A program made the position numbers and the translations under genes. Under the pieces are notes generated by a model, which did not search any database, was not told the DNA's origin, and saw nothing but the letters and a program-made list of their open reading frames with translations. Of a stretch of DNA of 49,274 nt, positions 9,556 to 19,827 are shown piece by piece. The stretch comes from a candidate division TA06 bacterium SM23_40 (GTDB lineage Bacteria > LJUI01 > SM1-40), in assembly GCA_001303705.1 (NCBI GenBank), contig LJUI01000025.1, positions 1 through 49,274 on the forward strand, given 5' to 3'. Positions within the stretch are counted from its first letter, which is position 1, and each line of letters begins with the position of its first letter.

Positions 9556-11001
9556 TTACGGAGCACGGACGGTCTCCTCAACACTCGATGAGTGGACCGC
9601 ATCGACCAGCCCGAGTGTATGAATCCTCCTGGTCCAGATGAGGGCGACCAGCCACCCCACAGCGGGCACGATGAAAATCGTCTGCCAGTTCACGAGCAGC
9701 GCGAGGAGAAGGAGCGGCAGGGCGACCAACCAGCGCGCCGAGAAGACGACGTGACGTGAGAAGACGGAGAGAATGATCATGGACGCAACCACGCGGGACA
9801 GGAGAAGCGCCCACGCCGCGCCGATCGCCCCGAGGGGACCGACGAGCACCCAGGCCAGGGCGACGAAGCAGGCAAACCCGGCGAGATATGCTTTCGTCGT
9901 CACATCTACGCGGCCCCTGGCATTCGGCACAAGCGTCATCAGATAGAAGAGGATGTAGAAGACGACCGACGGCACGAGCACCATGACATGACGACTACTC
10001 TGCGCATATTGAGGCCCATAGAGAATCTGAATGCCAATACGATGAACGATAATGACCAATGACGCGACGACGAGGACAATGGGCATCACTAGATCCTGCA
10101 CTTCCCGCCCTTTCGTCCTCAGCAGATCATCTCCGGGATAACTCGCGAATCGTGATAACCGCTGCTGGAGGACGGAGACCAACTGGACAAACGGGGCGGA
10201 GCACATCGTCGCGAGCACGAATGCGATCTTGAGATACGCGGTCTCAGTCATGCTGCGAAATCCGACAATCCACAATGCCGCGGGCATGAACGCCATAGCC
10301 ACCACGTTCTGGGGCACGACCCACCGCCCATAGGAAGCCGAACGCTTCAGCACCTCCCAATAACCGACACGCGCATCCTCCGGACTGATGGGGGGGACGA
10401 TGCGCCTCAGTAGGAACCACTCGATGACCGCGACCAGAAGGAGCGGCACCATGGCAGCGCCGACAGCGCTCACGACATTCTTCGTCGCGAGATAGACTCC
10501 GGCAACGGTCACGAGAGTCAGCAGTCGCAGGACGAGCTGGGAGGCCACGGCGAACCGCACCCGCTGCAGAGTCGTGAAGACAAAACCCGCAAACGCCATC
10601 AGACTCGCCGGCGAGGCGTAGATCGCAAGGATGAGGAGCGCCTCGTTGTGGTCGGGAAGCACCCGCAGGGTCCAGGCAAGCACGAGGAGAAGAGTGACGA
10701 TGATCGAGGACGCGACGGCGATGACAAGACCACGATCAAGGTGCCCTCTGACGGCGGCCAATCTGCCCTTCTCTTCGAGCTTAGCCACATCACAGACGAA
10801 CAGAAACGGGAGCCCGAAGAGGCAGATCGTAGAGACGATCCACACCGGCGAAAGCAGAAACGAAACCAAGCCATAGTCGTGCACGGACATCAATCTGGTC
10901 AGCACGATGCTGCTCACCAGTGCGAGACCGTACTCGCCGACAGCGCCCCCCATGATAAGAAGGGACGACGTTACTGTGCTTTCTTTCCTGAAACGAGTCA
11001 T
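9556..11001 (-). CDS. wzx: Oligosaccharide flippase (Wzx / MOP superfamily)
   Basis: 481 aa, about 12-14 hydrophobic segments, LTRLMSVHDYG, LYGPQY, LGAIGAAWA motifs; glycan cluster context. Confidence 0.8.
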   Translation of the reverse strand: MTRFRKESTVTSSLLIMGGAVGEYGLALVSSIVLTRLMSVHDYGLVSFLLSPVWIVSTICLFGLPFLFVCDVAKLEEKGRLAAVRGHLDRGLVIAVASSIIVTLLLVLAWTLRVLPDHNEALLILAIYASPASLMAFAGFVFTTLQRVRFAVASQLVLRLLTLVTVAGVYLATKNVVSAVGAAMVPLLLVAVIEWFLLRRIVPPISPEDARVGYWEVLKRSASYGRWVVPQNVVAMAFMPAALWIVGFRSMTETAYLKIAFVLATMCSAPFVQLVSVLQQRLSRFASYPGDDLLRTKGREVQDLVMPIVLVVASLVIIVHRIGIQILYGPQYAQSSRHVMVLVPSVVFYILFYLMTLVPNARGRVDVTTKAYLAGFACFVALAWVLVGPLGAIGAAWALLLSRVVASMIILSVFSRHVVFSARWLVALPLLLLALLVNWQTIFIVPAVGWLVALIWTRRIHTLGLVDAVHSSSVEETVRAP

Positions 11002-11028
11002 CTCCTGCCGCTCACTTGCACGGGCAGA

Positions 11029-12168
11029 TCAACCGGATCCCCGGAATCCCTGCCGTCCGCAGCTCTCGAGGTAGCAGAGGCAGCGATCCACGATCCTCGG
11101 GCTCGCCTTCCCATCGCCGAACGGATTGGCAACTCGCGCCATCTGCTGATAGGCTGAGCGATCGGTAAGCAACGTCCGGGCAGCATCGACTATCCCCTGT
11201 CGCTTCGTCCCCACGACCCGCGCCGTCCCCGCCTCCACTGCCTCCGGGCGCTCGCTCTCGTCGCGCAGGACGAGCACCGGCTTGCCGAGCGAGGGCGCCT
11301 CTTCCTGGATCCCGCCGGAATCGGACAGTATCAGGTAGGCGCATGAGAGGAGGCTGGCGAATCGCGGATAGTCGAACGGTTCGGTGAGGTGGATGCGGTC
11401 GACCCCACCCAACTCCCCCCTCACCGTCTTCTGAACAGCTGGATTGAGGTGGACCGGAAAGACCACCTCCACGTCAGGATAGTCTGCGACGATCTCCCGC
11501 ACCGCCAGGCAGATCTCCGTCAGCGGCCCTCCGATATTCTCGCGGCGGTGGGCAGTGACTACAATGATCCTGTTTCTATCGGGGTCGATATCGAGCCCGA
11601 TGGGGGTACCCCTCTCTACCATCTCGAGGAGTGAGTCGATGACCGGGTTCCCGGTGACCGCGATCGATTCGGGATCGATCTTCTCGCGGATGAGATTCTG
11701 TCTCGCGCGCTCGGTGGGGGCGAAGTGCACGTCAGAGAGCTGTGATATGAGACGCCGGTTCATCTCCTCCGGAAAGGGGTAGTACTTGTCAGGGGTGCGC
11801 AAGCCGGCCTCCACATGGCCGACAGGGATGCCGTGATAGAAGGCGACGAGCGCCGCGAACAGGGCCGTCGTCGTGTCCCCCTGCACGAGGACGAAATCCG
11901 GACGCTCGGAAGAGAGGATCCTGTCGAGGCCTCGTGGGAGAGAGGAACTGAGGTCGATGAGCGTCTGGTCATCGATCATCACATCGAGGTCGAAATCCGG
12001 CTCGATCCCGAATACGCCGAGCATCTGGTGGAGCATCTGACGGTGCTGCCCCGTCACGCAGATGCTCGCCCGCACCCCATCCCGCGTCCCGAATTCCCTG
12101 ATGACAGGAGCGAGCTTGATGACCTCGGGACGTGTTCCCAGAATGACCATCGCGTGAGTAGTTGTCAT
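11029..12168 (-). CDS. wecB: UDP-N-acetylglucosamine 2-epimerase (non-hydrolysing)
   Basis: GTRPEVIK, TGQHRQML, VQGDTTT, HVEAGLRT, PFPEEMNR, TAHRREN, DSGGIQEEA. Confidence 0.95.
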   Translation of the reverse strand: MTTTHAMVILGTRPEVIKLAPVIREFGTRDGVRASICVTGQHRQMLHQMLGVFGIEPDFDLDVMIDDQTLIDLSSSLPRGLDRILSSERPDFVLVQGDTTTALFAALVAFYHGIPVGHVEAGLRTPDKYYPFPEEMNRRLISQLSDVHFAPTERARQNLIREKIDPESIAVTGNPVIDSLLEMVERGTPIGLDIDPDRNRIIVVTAHRRENIGGPLTEICLAVREIVADYPDVEVVFPVHLNPAVQKTVRGELGGVDRIHLTEPFDYPRFASLLSCAYLILSDSGGIQEEAPSLGKPVLVLRDESERPEAVEAGTARVVGTKRQGIVDAARTLLTDRSAYQQMARVANPFGDGKASPRIVDRCLCYLESCGRQGFRGSG

Positions 12169-12212
12169 CGTTCCCCTTCCCGATTGCTGTGCGCCGCCGC
12201 CGGCCCGAGACC

Positions 12213-13310
12213 CTAGACGCGAGATCCTTCCACGAGCACCTCGACCACCCTCTCAGCAGCTCTTCCGTCCCACAGCTCGGGGATCCGCCCCCGCTTGCCG
12301 TGGCCGCTCACTATCTCCCTCACCTCCTCGGCCGCCCTGGGAGGATCGAGTCCGATGACCGTGTTTGTCCCCTCGGTTACCGTGATCGGCCGCTCGGTGT
12401 TCTTTCTCACCGTGAGACAGGGCACCCCGAGCACAGTCGTCTCCTCCTGAATCCCTCCCGAGTCGGTGATGACACAAACCGCATCCATCATCAGCGAGAG
12501 GAAGTCGAGATACCCGAGAGGCTCAGTCAGAATCAGGCGGGGCACCCGGCGAAGCGCGGCATCGAGCCGCGAAGTCTTCAGTCTGAGACGAGTGCGCGGG
12601 TGTACGGGAAAGATGCCCGGGATCTCGGCCGAGACTCTCTCGACGAGCTCGATCACCTGATCCAATCGATCCACCTGATCTACATTCTCGGGTCTATGGA
12701 GGGTGTACAGCACATATTCCTTCTGCCTGAAGCCGAACCTCTCCATCGACCTCCGGGCTCGGGCGGCGTCCCGCCAGGCGAGCACCGTATCGATCATTAC
12801 GTTCCCCACGAAATAGATCCCCCCCTCATCGACTCCCTCTCTCTTCAAATTATCGCACGCGTCGGCCGAGGGGGCAAACAGATACCGTGCGAGGGCATCA
12901 GCCACCATACGGTTTATCTCCTCCGGCATCGACCTGTCGAAACTGCGGAGCCCGGCCTCGACATGCGCCAGGGGAACGCCCCGCTGCCCGGCGACAAGGG
13001 CGCAGGCCAGTGTCGAATTGACGTCGCCGACGACAACGACGAGATCAGGGGCCTCGCCCTCCACGATCTTCTCGAATCCTATCATCGTGTCGGCGGTTTG
13101 TTCGGCGTGGGTACCGGAGCCGACATCAAGGTGGTAGTCGACGCTCGGCAGCTCCAGCTCGGCAAAAAAGATATCGCTGAGGGTGGCGTCGTAATGCTGT
13201 CCGGTGTGGACGAGCTTTGAGACGACCCCGCTCTTCCTGTGAAATGCTCTCGCGAGCGGGGAGATCTTGATCAGATTGGGCCGTGTGCCGACTACGTTCA
13301 GAACGTTCAT
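12213..13310 (-). CDS. wecB: Second UDP-N-acetylhexosamine 2-epimerase (WbpI/FnlC-like subgroup)
   Basis: GTRPNLIK, HTGQHYD, VGDVNST, HVEAGLRSFDRSMPEEINR, TLHRPENVD, TDSGGIQEE, WDGRAAER. Confidence 0.92.
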   Translation of the reverse strand: MNVLNVVGTRPNLIKISPLARAFHRKSGVVSKLVHTGQHYDATLSDIFFAELELPSVDYHLDVGSGTHAEQTADTMIGFEKIVEGEAPDLVVVVGDVNSTLACALVAGQRGVPLAHVEAGLRSFDRSMPEEINRMVADALARYLFAPSADACDNLKREGVDEGGIYFVGNVMIDTVLAWRDAARARRSMERFGFRQKEYVLYTLHRPENVDQVDRLDQVIELVERVSAEIPGIFPVHPRTRLRLKTSRLDAALRRVPRLILTEPLGYLDFLSLMMDAVCVITDSGGIQEETTVLGVPCLTVRKNTERPITVTEGTNTVIGLDPPRAAEEVREIVSGHGKRGRIPELWDGRAAERVVEVLVEGSRV

Positions 13311-14275
13311 CCTCCTCCCTCGCGCAGGATGTCCTGATCACGCCACGATATGAGTCTCCGTAGCCCTTCTCTGACCCCCACCGTCGCCCTGAACCCGAGC
13401 AGAGCTTCCGCCTTCTCCGTGCTCCCCCACCGCCGTACGACAAGCCCGCGCTCCCGGTTCTCGATCGTCGGCACGAGGTCGCTCCCCATCACTTCCAGGA
13501 CAGCATCGGCGAGTTCGCGAAGTGTTGTCTCTCTGCCGCTGGCGACGTTCAACACCTCAGCCTCCAACCCGCTCTTGAGGGCGACGATGTTGGCCTTGGC
13601 AACATCCTCGACGTAAACGAGATCGAGCGTCTCGTTGCCGTCGCCGAATATGATCGGCGGCTCGCCTTCCGCCACACGGTTGATGAAGTTCGTGATGACA
13701 CTCACGTAGGCCGAGCGGTAGTCCTGGCGCGGACCATAGACATTGAGATAGCGGAGACAGATATACTTGAGACCATACTTCCGGTAAAAAGCGCGTGCCA
13801 GCTGCTCATCGGCGACTTTGGTCGCCCCGTAGAAGAAGTCGTTGTTGAAGGGATGATCTTCATCGGTGGGCAGCGAACAGGCCTCACCATAAACAGAGGA
13901 CGAGGAGGCCATCACGATCTTCACAACGCCGGCCTCGACGCTGGCCTCCAGGACGTTGAACGTGCCGACGATATTGACTTCCAGGGCCTCCCGCGGATCG
14001 CTCTCACACTCCCAGAGCCAGAGCGAGGCCTGGTGGGAGACCAGATCGGCCCCGGAGATCGCCTGTGCCAGGTGTCCGCGATCGGCAATATCACCCTCGA
14101 TCACCTTCACGTCACCATTCGCCATCGCCCATTCGAGGTTGGCCATTCTCCCCCTCCGGAAATCGTCATAGACGACGACGGCCGCCCCCTCTCTCACGAG
14201 TCCGTCAACAACATGGGAGCCGACGAAGCCGGCTCCTCCTGTCACAAACACATGTGCTCCGGCGAGTTCTCGCAC
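13307..14275 (-). CDS. NAD-dependent nucleotide-sugar epimerase/dehydratase (extended SDR)
   Basis: TGGAGFVGS, ASSSSVYG, YGATK (YxxxK), LRYLNVYGPRQ, IFGDG. Confidence 0.92.
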   Translation of the reverse strand: MRELAGAHVFVTGGAGFVGSHVVDGLVREGAAVVVYDDFRRGRMANLEWAMANGDVKVIEGDIADRGHLAQAISGADLVSHQASLWLWECESDPREALEVNIVGTFNVLEASVEAGVVKIVMASSSSVYGEACSLPTDEDHPFNNDFFYGATKVADEQLARAFYRKYGLKYICLRYLNVYGPRQDYRSAYVSVITNFINRVAEGEPPIIFGDGNETLDLVYVEDVAKANIVALKSGLEAEVLNVASGRETTLRELADAVLEVMGSDLVPTIENRERGLVVRRWGSTEKAEALLGFRATVGVREGLRRLISWRDQDILREGGG

Positions 14276-14338
14276 GCCACGCTCTCCATCTCATGATATC
14301 AGTGAAATCGGGCCATCAGATGCGTGGAAGAAGACGAT

Positions 14339-14794
14339 CTATCCGCTCTGCGGCCTCCATTCGAACCCGATCTCCGGATCAAATGGGTCGCGCCTTAGTT
14401 CGTCTGGCTGTTCGGGGTCGTAGGGTTCGGAGGGGATGTTGATCAGGATCGACGGTTCGTTGCCCAGTGCCATCTGTCCGTGCCAGACGAGCGGAGGAAT
14501 GATGACGAGCGCCGGATTCAGCTCGCCAATGACCACGTTCATTGTTTCGCCGCACGTGGGAGAGGCTTCCCGGTCGTCGAATAGCCCGATCTTTGCATTC
14601 CCCTTCACGACCGCGAAGTGATCAGTCTGTTTCCGATGAGCGTGCCAGGCCTTGATGATCCCGGGGTTGCATGTGGCGACATAGACCTGTCCGAACTTCT
14701 CGTAGTGGGTGTCGTCACTGCGCAGGATTTCCATGACATAGCCGCGTTCATCGACGTGCCTCGTGAGTGGTATGACCTGCACTCCCTCAATCAT
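14339..14794 (-). CDS. dTDP-4-dehydrorhamnose 3,5-epimerase family cupin (RmlC-like)
   Basis: DERG, FGQVY, IKAWHAH..QTD, IPPLVWHG motifs. Confidence 0.85.
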   Translation of the reverse strand: MIEGVQVIPLTRHVDERGYVMEILRSDDTHYEKFGQVYVATCNPGIIKAWHAHRKQTDHFAVVKGNAKIGLFDDREASPTCGETMNVVIGELNPALVIIPPLVWHGQMALGNEPSILINIPSEPYDPEQPDELRRDPFDPEIGFEWRPQSG

Positions 14795-16755
14795 CTACTG
14801 ATCCTCCTCGTTCCTGCAGCGTCGAGAGCAAGCCTGTCAACACTGCGCTCCACAGTGCCCCGATCATATTCGAGCAGGCGGAGCTCATACCCGTTCATGG
14901 CATGAGGCCTGAGCTCGCCGATCGGCACCGCAAGCGCCTGATGGTAGTGCTCCAGGGCAAGAGAGGGTTCACCTTGCTCTTCGTACAGTTGCGCAAGTCG
15001 TATGTGAGCGCCGGGGAAATTCGGCTCCAGGGCAAGTGCAGACTGTACCGCGGCGACAGCCTGCCGCAACTCACCGCGCTCCACGTGGGCCTCGGCCAAG
15101 TCGAGTCGGAGGAACGGATTGTGTGGATCGAGCCCGACAGCCCGCTCCCGGTGGCCCAGGATGGCATCGGCAGTCTCGGGATCAGCGAACCCACATCTCC
15201 TCACGAGCATATCGGCAAGAGCCGTCTCGTACCTCGGCTCGAGGCGATCCGCCAGGATCGCCTTCTCGTACATAATGAACGAAGACCAGATATCTGCAGC
15301 TCTGCGCGTCTCGATAAACGAGAGCTCATACAGGCCGCCCAGAGCTCCGGCGAGGTTGGCGTCTCCTGGAGCGACGAGGCGTGCGCGCTCCAGAGCTGCG
15401 ATCGCCCGATCGTGCGATCCCTTACGCAAAGCCTCACCTGCGCGCCCTGAAAGGACGGTGGCGATCGCCGGACGCACTATCCCCTGGGCGACCAAGAGCA
15501 GGGCAATCGCCACGTACAGCGTACGTACTCGAGATGGCTGGAACTCCCATCGCCAGTACCGCGACCCGCTCATAAGCCCGGCAAGCGCTCCTAACAGGAG
15601 AAAGAATATGAGTGCATTTCCCGGGAGGTAGAGCACGTTGTCGAACAGGGCATGTACGAGCAGCGCCATCACGCCTGCCGTAGAGCCCACGACGAAGGGT
15701 GTTGTCGCCGGGTCCACCTCGAGGCGCCTCACCCGACGCATCACCCCGAGGAAAAGCACGATCACCCAGGTGAAGAGCGCGAACCCCACAACACCCAGTT
15801 CAACACCGACATGCATGAATTCGTTGTGGGCGATCTGCGCGGAGTGAGCATAGCGGCCCACCGCACCATCGACCGGAAAACTGAATTGCCGGGCCGCTGC
15901 TGCGTAGTTGCGCGGGCCGACACCGAACAGGGGAGCGGTGGTGAAGGTTCGGAGGGACTGCTGCCATATGTCGAGCCGCTTATAGGCATAGATGTCATAC
16001 TCTCCCACATTCAGCAGTCGTTCGGTGATCGAATTGGGCACGGCGACAAAGAGCACGACGAGAGCTATAAGACAGATGAGGAGCCACCCCCTTCCACGGA
16101 GGGCGCCCAGGAGCGAAGCTACCACGATGAGCGCCACTATTGCGGCCCTCGTCCCGGTCATCACCAGCGTCCCGAGCAACACGGCCGAGGCGGCGCCGGC
16201 GGCCAAGTACGGTGCCAGCGATCTCCTCCCGAATAGCAGATAGGCGAACGAGATACTGACGCCAACCAGAAGGAGGTCAGTGAAGTAGTTGCTGTAAGGT
16301 AACGAACCCATGACCCGCTCGATGCCTTGGCCGAACCGTTGCGAGAACGCGAGAAAGGATTCGGCAACTCCGAGCACGACGATTACGATACTCATAAGTC
16401 GAATCTGCGGCACGGAGGCCAACCAGTTGGCCGCGATCAAGAAGAAGGCGATATATGCACCGAGTTCGAATGTCCCTAACGTCGAGCTGTATCTGTTCCC
16501 GGAGAGCAATGTCGAGATGAGGGCTGCGAGCAAGAGCAACAGGAGAGGGAGTTCGAACCCCGTTCGGCGGATGACGACCTTCCCGTGCGACACCATCCGC
16601 CATACAGACCAGCCCAGAAGTCCCAGCACCGCGAGCTGGGCCAGAGCAAGCACCTCTACCCGTTCGCCGCCCCCGAGGATCGTCACCAGCACCGGCACCG
16701 CCACCGCTAGAGAGGCAAGCGCATATGGATGGTGCCCCGGTCCGATCCTAGACAT
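14791..16755 (-). CDS. O-antigen ligase / O-OTase family membrane protein with C-terminal TPR repeats
   Basis: N-terminal TM helices, TGTRAA, RLDIW, PLFGVGP, IAHNEFMH, LVHALFD; C-terminal TPR-like helices (AVGLDPHNP, ALALEPNFPGAH). Start 16755 or 16767. Confidence 0.85.
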   Translation of the reverse strand: MSRIGPGHHPYALASLAVAVPVLVTILGGGERVEVLALAQLAVLGLLGWSVWRMVSHGKVVIRRTGFELPLLLLLLAALISTLLSGNRYSSTLGTFELGAYIAFFLIAANWLASVPQIRLMSIVIVVLGVAESFLAFSQRFGQGIERVMGSLPYSNYFTDLLLVGVSISFAYLLFGRRSLAPYLAAGAASAVLLGTLVMTGTRAAIVALIVVASLLGALRGRGWLLICLIALVVLFVAVPNSITERLLNVGEYDIYAYKRLDIWQQSLRTFTTAPLFGVGPRNYAAAARQFSFPVDGAVGRYAHSAQIAHNEFMHVGVELGVVGFALFTWVIVLFLGVMRRVRRLEVDPATTPFVVGSTAGVMALLVHALFDNVLYLPGNALIFFLLLGALAGLMSGSRYWRWEFQPSRVRTLYVAIALLLVAQGIVRPAIATVLSGRAGEALRKGSHDRAIAALERARLVAPGDANLAGALGGLYELSFIETRRAADIWSSFIMYEKAILADRLEPRYETALADMLVRRCGFADPETADAILGHRERAVGLDPHNPFLRLDLAEAHVERGELRQAVAAVQSALALEPNFPGAHIRLAQLYEEQGEPSLALEHYHQALAVPIGELRPHAMNGYELRLLEYDRGTVERSVDRLALDAAGTRRISR

Positions 16756-18112
16756 CGTCGATCCCATAGGCCCTTATTTTGCGATAGAGGGTGGAGAGAT
16801 GTATGCCCAGGACCTGAGCGACCTTCGTCTTGTCGCCTCCGGTCTCGGCCAGGAGGCGCTCTATCTCGTCGCGCTCCAGTTGGCGAAGACTCCGCTCCCC
16901 GCGATCCTGTACTGGGCCGACAGGAGCCGGGGCCCGCGTGAGTACACGCTCCGGGAGGTCAGCCCGCTCGATCGACGACCCCTCGTGCAGGACGACGGCC
17001 CGCTCGATCGTGTTCTGGAGCTCGCGGACGTTTCCCGGCCAACTATAAGTCTGAAGCACTTCGAGCGCATCCCCGGTAATGGTCTTCAACGGGATGGAGA
17101 ATGCCTCACAATAGAGCTTGATGAAGTGATCTACGAGACGGGGGATGTCTTCGATCCGCTCGCGCAGCGGCGGCACCCGGATCGGTATGACGTTCAGACG
17201 ATAGAAGAGATCCGCGCGAAACGCCCCTTCTGCAACCGCCTGTTCGAGGTCGGTATTCGTCGCCGCGAGCAGACGCACGTCAATGGGGACAGGTTTCGTC
17301 CCACCGACCGGCACGACCTCCCGCTCCTGCAGGGCGCGGAGCAGCTTGACCTGAATCGCGCCGCTCGTCTCCCCCACCTCATCGAGGAACAGGCTCCCGC
17401 CGTTCGCCACCTGAAACAGGCCCTGCTTGTCCTTGTGGGCCCCGGTGAACGATCCCCTGAGGTGGCCGAAGAGCTCGCTCTCCAGCAGTGTCTCCGGCAG
17501 CGCTCCGCAGTTGATCGTCACAAACGGCCCGTTCGCGCGCGGACTGCGCAGGTGTATCTCCCGCGCGACGAGCTCCTTCCCGGTACCACTCTCCCCTGCG
17601 ATCACGACCGTACTCTCCGCACCAGCGACCCGGTCGATCACCTCCAGGAGACGGCGGAACGCAGGGCTGTCTCCGATGAGTTCGGTCGGCCTGCCGCGGC
17701 GCCCGAGTTCCCTCCGCAGCCGGACGTTTTCCCGCCGCAGCTGCTCGCTCTCCAGAACCTTGCGCAGCCGCAGCTTGATCTCTTCAGTGGTGGTCCGAGA
17801 CTTGACGAAGTAGTCAGCCGCACCGTCACGAAGCGCCTCGATCACCGACTCGACGGAGCTATAGGCAGTCATCATCATTACGCAGCTTTCGGGATCCAGC
17901 TTCTTGATCTCGCGCAGCAACTCATGGCCGTCAACGCCGCGCATCCGAATGTCGGTGATGATGCAGTCGAATCCGAACTCGCCGACTCGCTGGAGCGCCT
18001 CCTGTCCGCTGCCCGCAAGGGTGACATCGTACCCTTCCTTTCGCAACATAATCGAGAGCATGTCGCGCATACTCTCATCGTCATCCACCACCAGAATGCG
18101 TTCATCGCTCAC
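16748..18112 (-). CDS. pilR: Sigma-54-dependent response regulator (NtrC family), PilR
   Basis: Receiver (LVVDDD, TDIRM), AAA+ (GESGTGKE, ESELFGH, GSFTGA, FLDEVGE, DLFYRL, WPGNVREL), Fis HTH (LGIHLSTLYRK); follows pilC-pilS. Confidence 0.88.
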   Translation of the reverse strand: MSDERILVVDDDESMRDMLSIMLRKEGYDVTLAGSGQEALQRVGEFGFDCIITDIRMRGVDGHELLREIKKLDPESCVMMMTAYSSVESVIEALRDGAADYFVKSRTTTEEIKLRLRKVLESEQLRRENVRLRRELGRRGRPTELIGDSPAFRRLLEVIDRVAGAESTVVIAGESGTGKELVAREIHLRSPRANGPFVTINCGALPETLLESELFGHLRGSFTGAHKDKQGLFQVANGGSLFLDEVGETSGAIQVKLLRALQEREVVPVGGTKPVPIDVRLLAATNTDLEQAVAEGAFRADLFYRLNVIPIRVPPLRERIEDIPRLVDHFIKLYCEAFSIPLKTITGDALEVLQTYSWPGNVRELQNTIERAVVLHEGSSIERADLPERVLTRAPAPVGPVQDRGERSLRQLERDEIERLLAETGGDKTKVAQVLGIHLSTLYRKIRAYGIDDV

Positions 18113-19803
18113 GATTCAGAGTCCCCTATCTGCGCGAAAGCCTCCCGCCTGGTGAGCGGCAGAGCCAGCACGAAGCGGGTATACTCGTTGGGTTTGCTCT
18201 CGACCGAAATGGTGCCCCCGTGCTCCTCCACTATGCGGTGGACGATGGCGAGGCCCAGTCCCGTGCCCTCTCCGCTACCCGAGTAGAAAGGCTCGAAAAT
18301 CCTGGGGTGCTCTTCGGGAGAAATGCCCACACCGTCATCCTCGCACGCGATCACGAGGGCGCTCTCGTCCGGCGACACTGAGACCTCAATCCTGACTGTG
18401 CCGCTCCCTTTGATTGCGCGGAAGGCATTGAGCAGCAGGTTGAAGAGCGCCTGCCGCACGCGCTCGGGATCCGCCTCGAGATGAATCGGTCTGCTCGACA
18501 CGGCGCATTCTACCCTGATCTCATTGCGGTACGCGGGATGAGCCTCAGCCAGCCTTATAGCATCATCGACCACTCCGCTGATGTCGACATCGTAGAACGC
18601 CGGAGGCGTCGATCGTGCGAACCTCAGAAAGTTGTCAATCGTGTCGTTGAGACGATCCGATTCCTTGATGATCAGTTCCATCAGTCTCTTGTGTTCCCCA
18701 CGGAGTTGAAGATCATCCGCGAGCATCTCGATGCATCCCCTGATCGACCCCATCGGATTGCGGATCTCGTGCGCGATGCCGGCGGCGAGCTCTCCCAGTG
18801 CAGCCATCCGATCTGCCAGCCTCAGTCGCTCCTCGATCTCCTTGACCTGTGTGATATCCCGAAATACCGCCATCGCACCATGTCGCCGCCCCTCACGATC
18901 GTACAGGACAGTAGTCGATAGACCGAGCGACCTGGTAGACCCGCCCTCTGTCTGTATATCGACTTCAGCTCGCACCTCCTCAGTCCCATCGCGCACGACG
19001 CTCATCAGATGGTCGCGGAACGGTGCAACTCTCTCGGGCAGCTCTGCCCCGAGCACCTCATCATGGTGAAGACGGCCAGCACATTCGAGGAGCAGTTCCG
19101 CATTCCGATTGAAGTAGACGATCTTCCCATCGAGATCGACCGTGACGAGGCCGCTTCCCATATTCTGGAGGATGTCGTCGGTCGTCAACCGGGCTTCGTG
19201 AAGCTCGCGGACAATCTGCTTCAACTCCACCCCGCTCACACGAAGGCGCTCGGAGAGATACCCCGACAGTGCTGCAACGAGAAAGAAGAAAAGAACGTGG
19301 AGATATGCGCGCAGGAAGATGTGAGCTCCCGGCATGTCGAGGGCGGTCAGGCCAGCGGCGAAGGGCATGACGCCGCTCCGCTCTCCCCAGAGAAGCAGTC
19401 CATATGCGAGCCCGGAGAGGCAAGCCATCACCAATCCGCCGCGCACTGAGAAGACGATGCTTCCGCAAATTATCGTGAGGAAGTAGAGAAGTGAGAAGGA
19501 ACTCTCGGGGCCGCCGGTGAAGTGAATGATACCGGTCTCGAGGACAATATCTGCGACCAGCTGCACATACAGCGTTCCGAGGGCCGATACCCCCATCAAT
19601 AACGCGAGCCACGAACCTATACTGAGAGCGCAGCTCGCTCCGATCAACAGGTAGAGGGGAAGCAGGGAGACCGGGGTCTCTCCCAGATTCAGGATGATGA
19701 TCCCCGTTCCCAATATGACAGAGACGACCAGGGGCCTGCCCGCGAGTAACCACGCAATCCGCCCGGCCGTCTCCCTTCCAGTCAGCGGACTGTCACGCCT
19801 CAT
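18109..19803 (-). CDS. pilS: Membrane sensor histidine kinase with PAS domain, PilS
   Basis: N-terminal TMs with FTGGPESSFSLLY, PAS, H-box AHEIRNP, N-box NLLLNA, DDGVG, GTGLGL; synteny pilB-pilT-pilC-pilS-pilR. Confidence 0.88.
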   Translation of the reverse strand: MRRDSPLTGRETAGRIAWLLAGRPLVVSVILGTGIIILNLGETPVSLLPLYLLIGASCALSIGSWLALLMGVSALGTLYVQLVADIVLETGIIHFTGGPESSFSLLYFLTIICGSIVFSVRGGLVMACLSGLAYGLLLWGERSGVMPFAAGLTALDMPGAHIFLRAYLHVLFFFLVAALSGYLSERLRVSGVELKQIVRELHEARLTTDDILQNMGSGLVTVDLDGKIVYFNRNAELLLECAGRLHHDEVLGAELPERVAPFRDHLMSVVRDGTEEVRAEVDIQTEGGSTRSLGLSTTVLYDREGRRHGAMAVFRDITQVKEIEERLRLADRMAALGELAAGIAHEIRNPMGSIRGCIEMLADDLQLRGEHKRLMELIIKESDRLNDTIDNFLRFARSTPPAFYDVDISGVVDDAIRLAEAHPAYRNEIRVECAVSSRPIHLEADPERVRQALFNLLLNAFRAIKGSGTVRIEVSVSPDESALVIACEDDGVGISPEEHPRIFEPFYSGSGEGTGLGLAIVHRIVEEHGGTISVESKPNEYTRFVLALPLTRREAFAQIGDSES

Positions 19804-19827
19804 CTCGTTTCCCTTGCTCGAACCTTC

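Noticed and set aside
10390-10396. G7 tract in wzx (similar 7-mers near 12820, 44253 and 46290)
   Set aside because: Too short for contingency loci, frames are intact, and such tracts are expected at this GC content
12162-13220. 352-aa plus-strand ORF
   Set aside because: Antisense to the 2-epimerase; no recognisable domain
14295-14320. TGGCCCG... on the minus strand upstream of the SDR gene as a sigma-54 promoter
   Set aside because: No GC at the -12 position (reads CT)
16310-18286. 658-aa plus-strand ORF
   Set aside because: Antisense to conserved pilR and its neighbours; a typical shadow ORF
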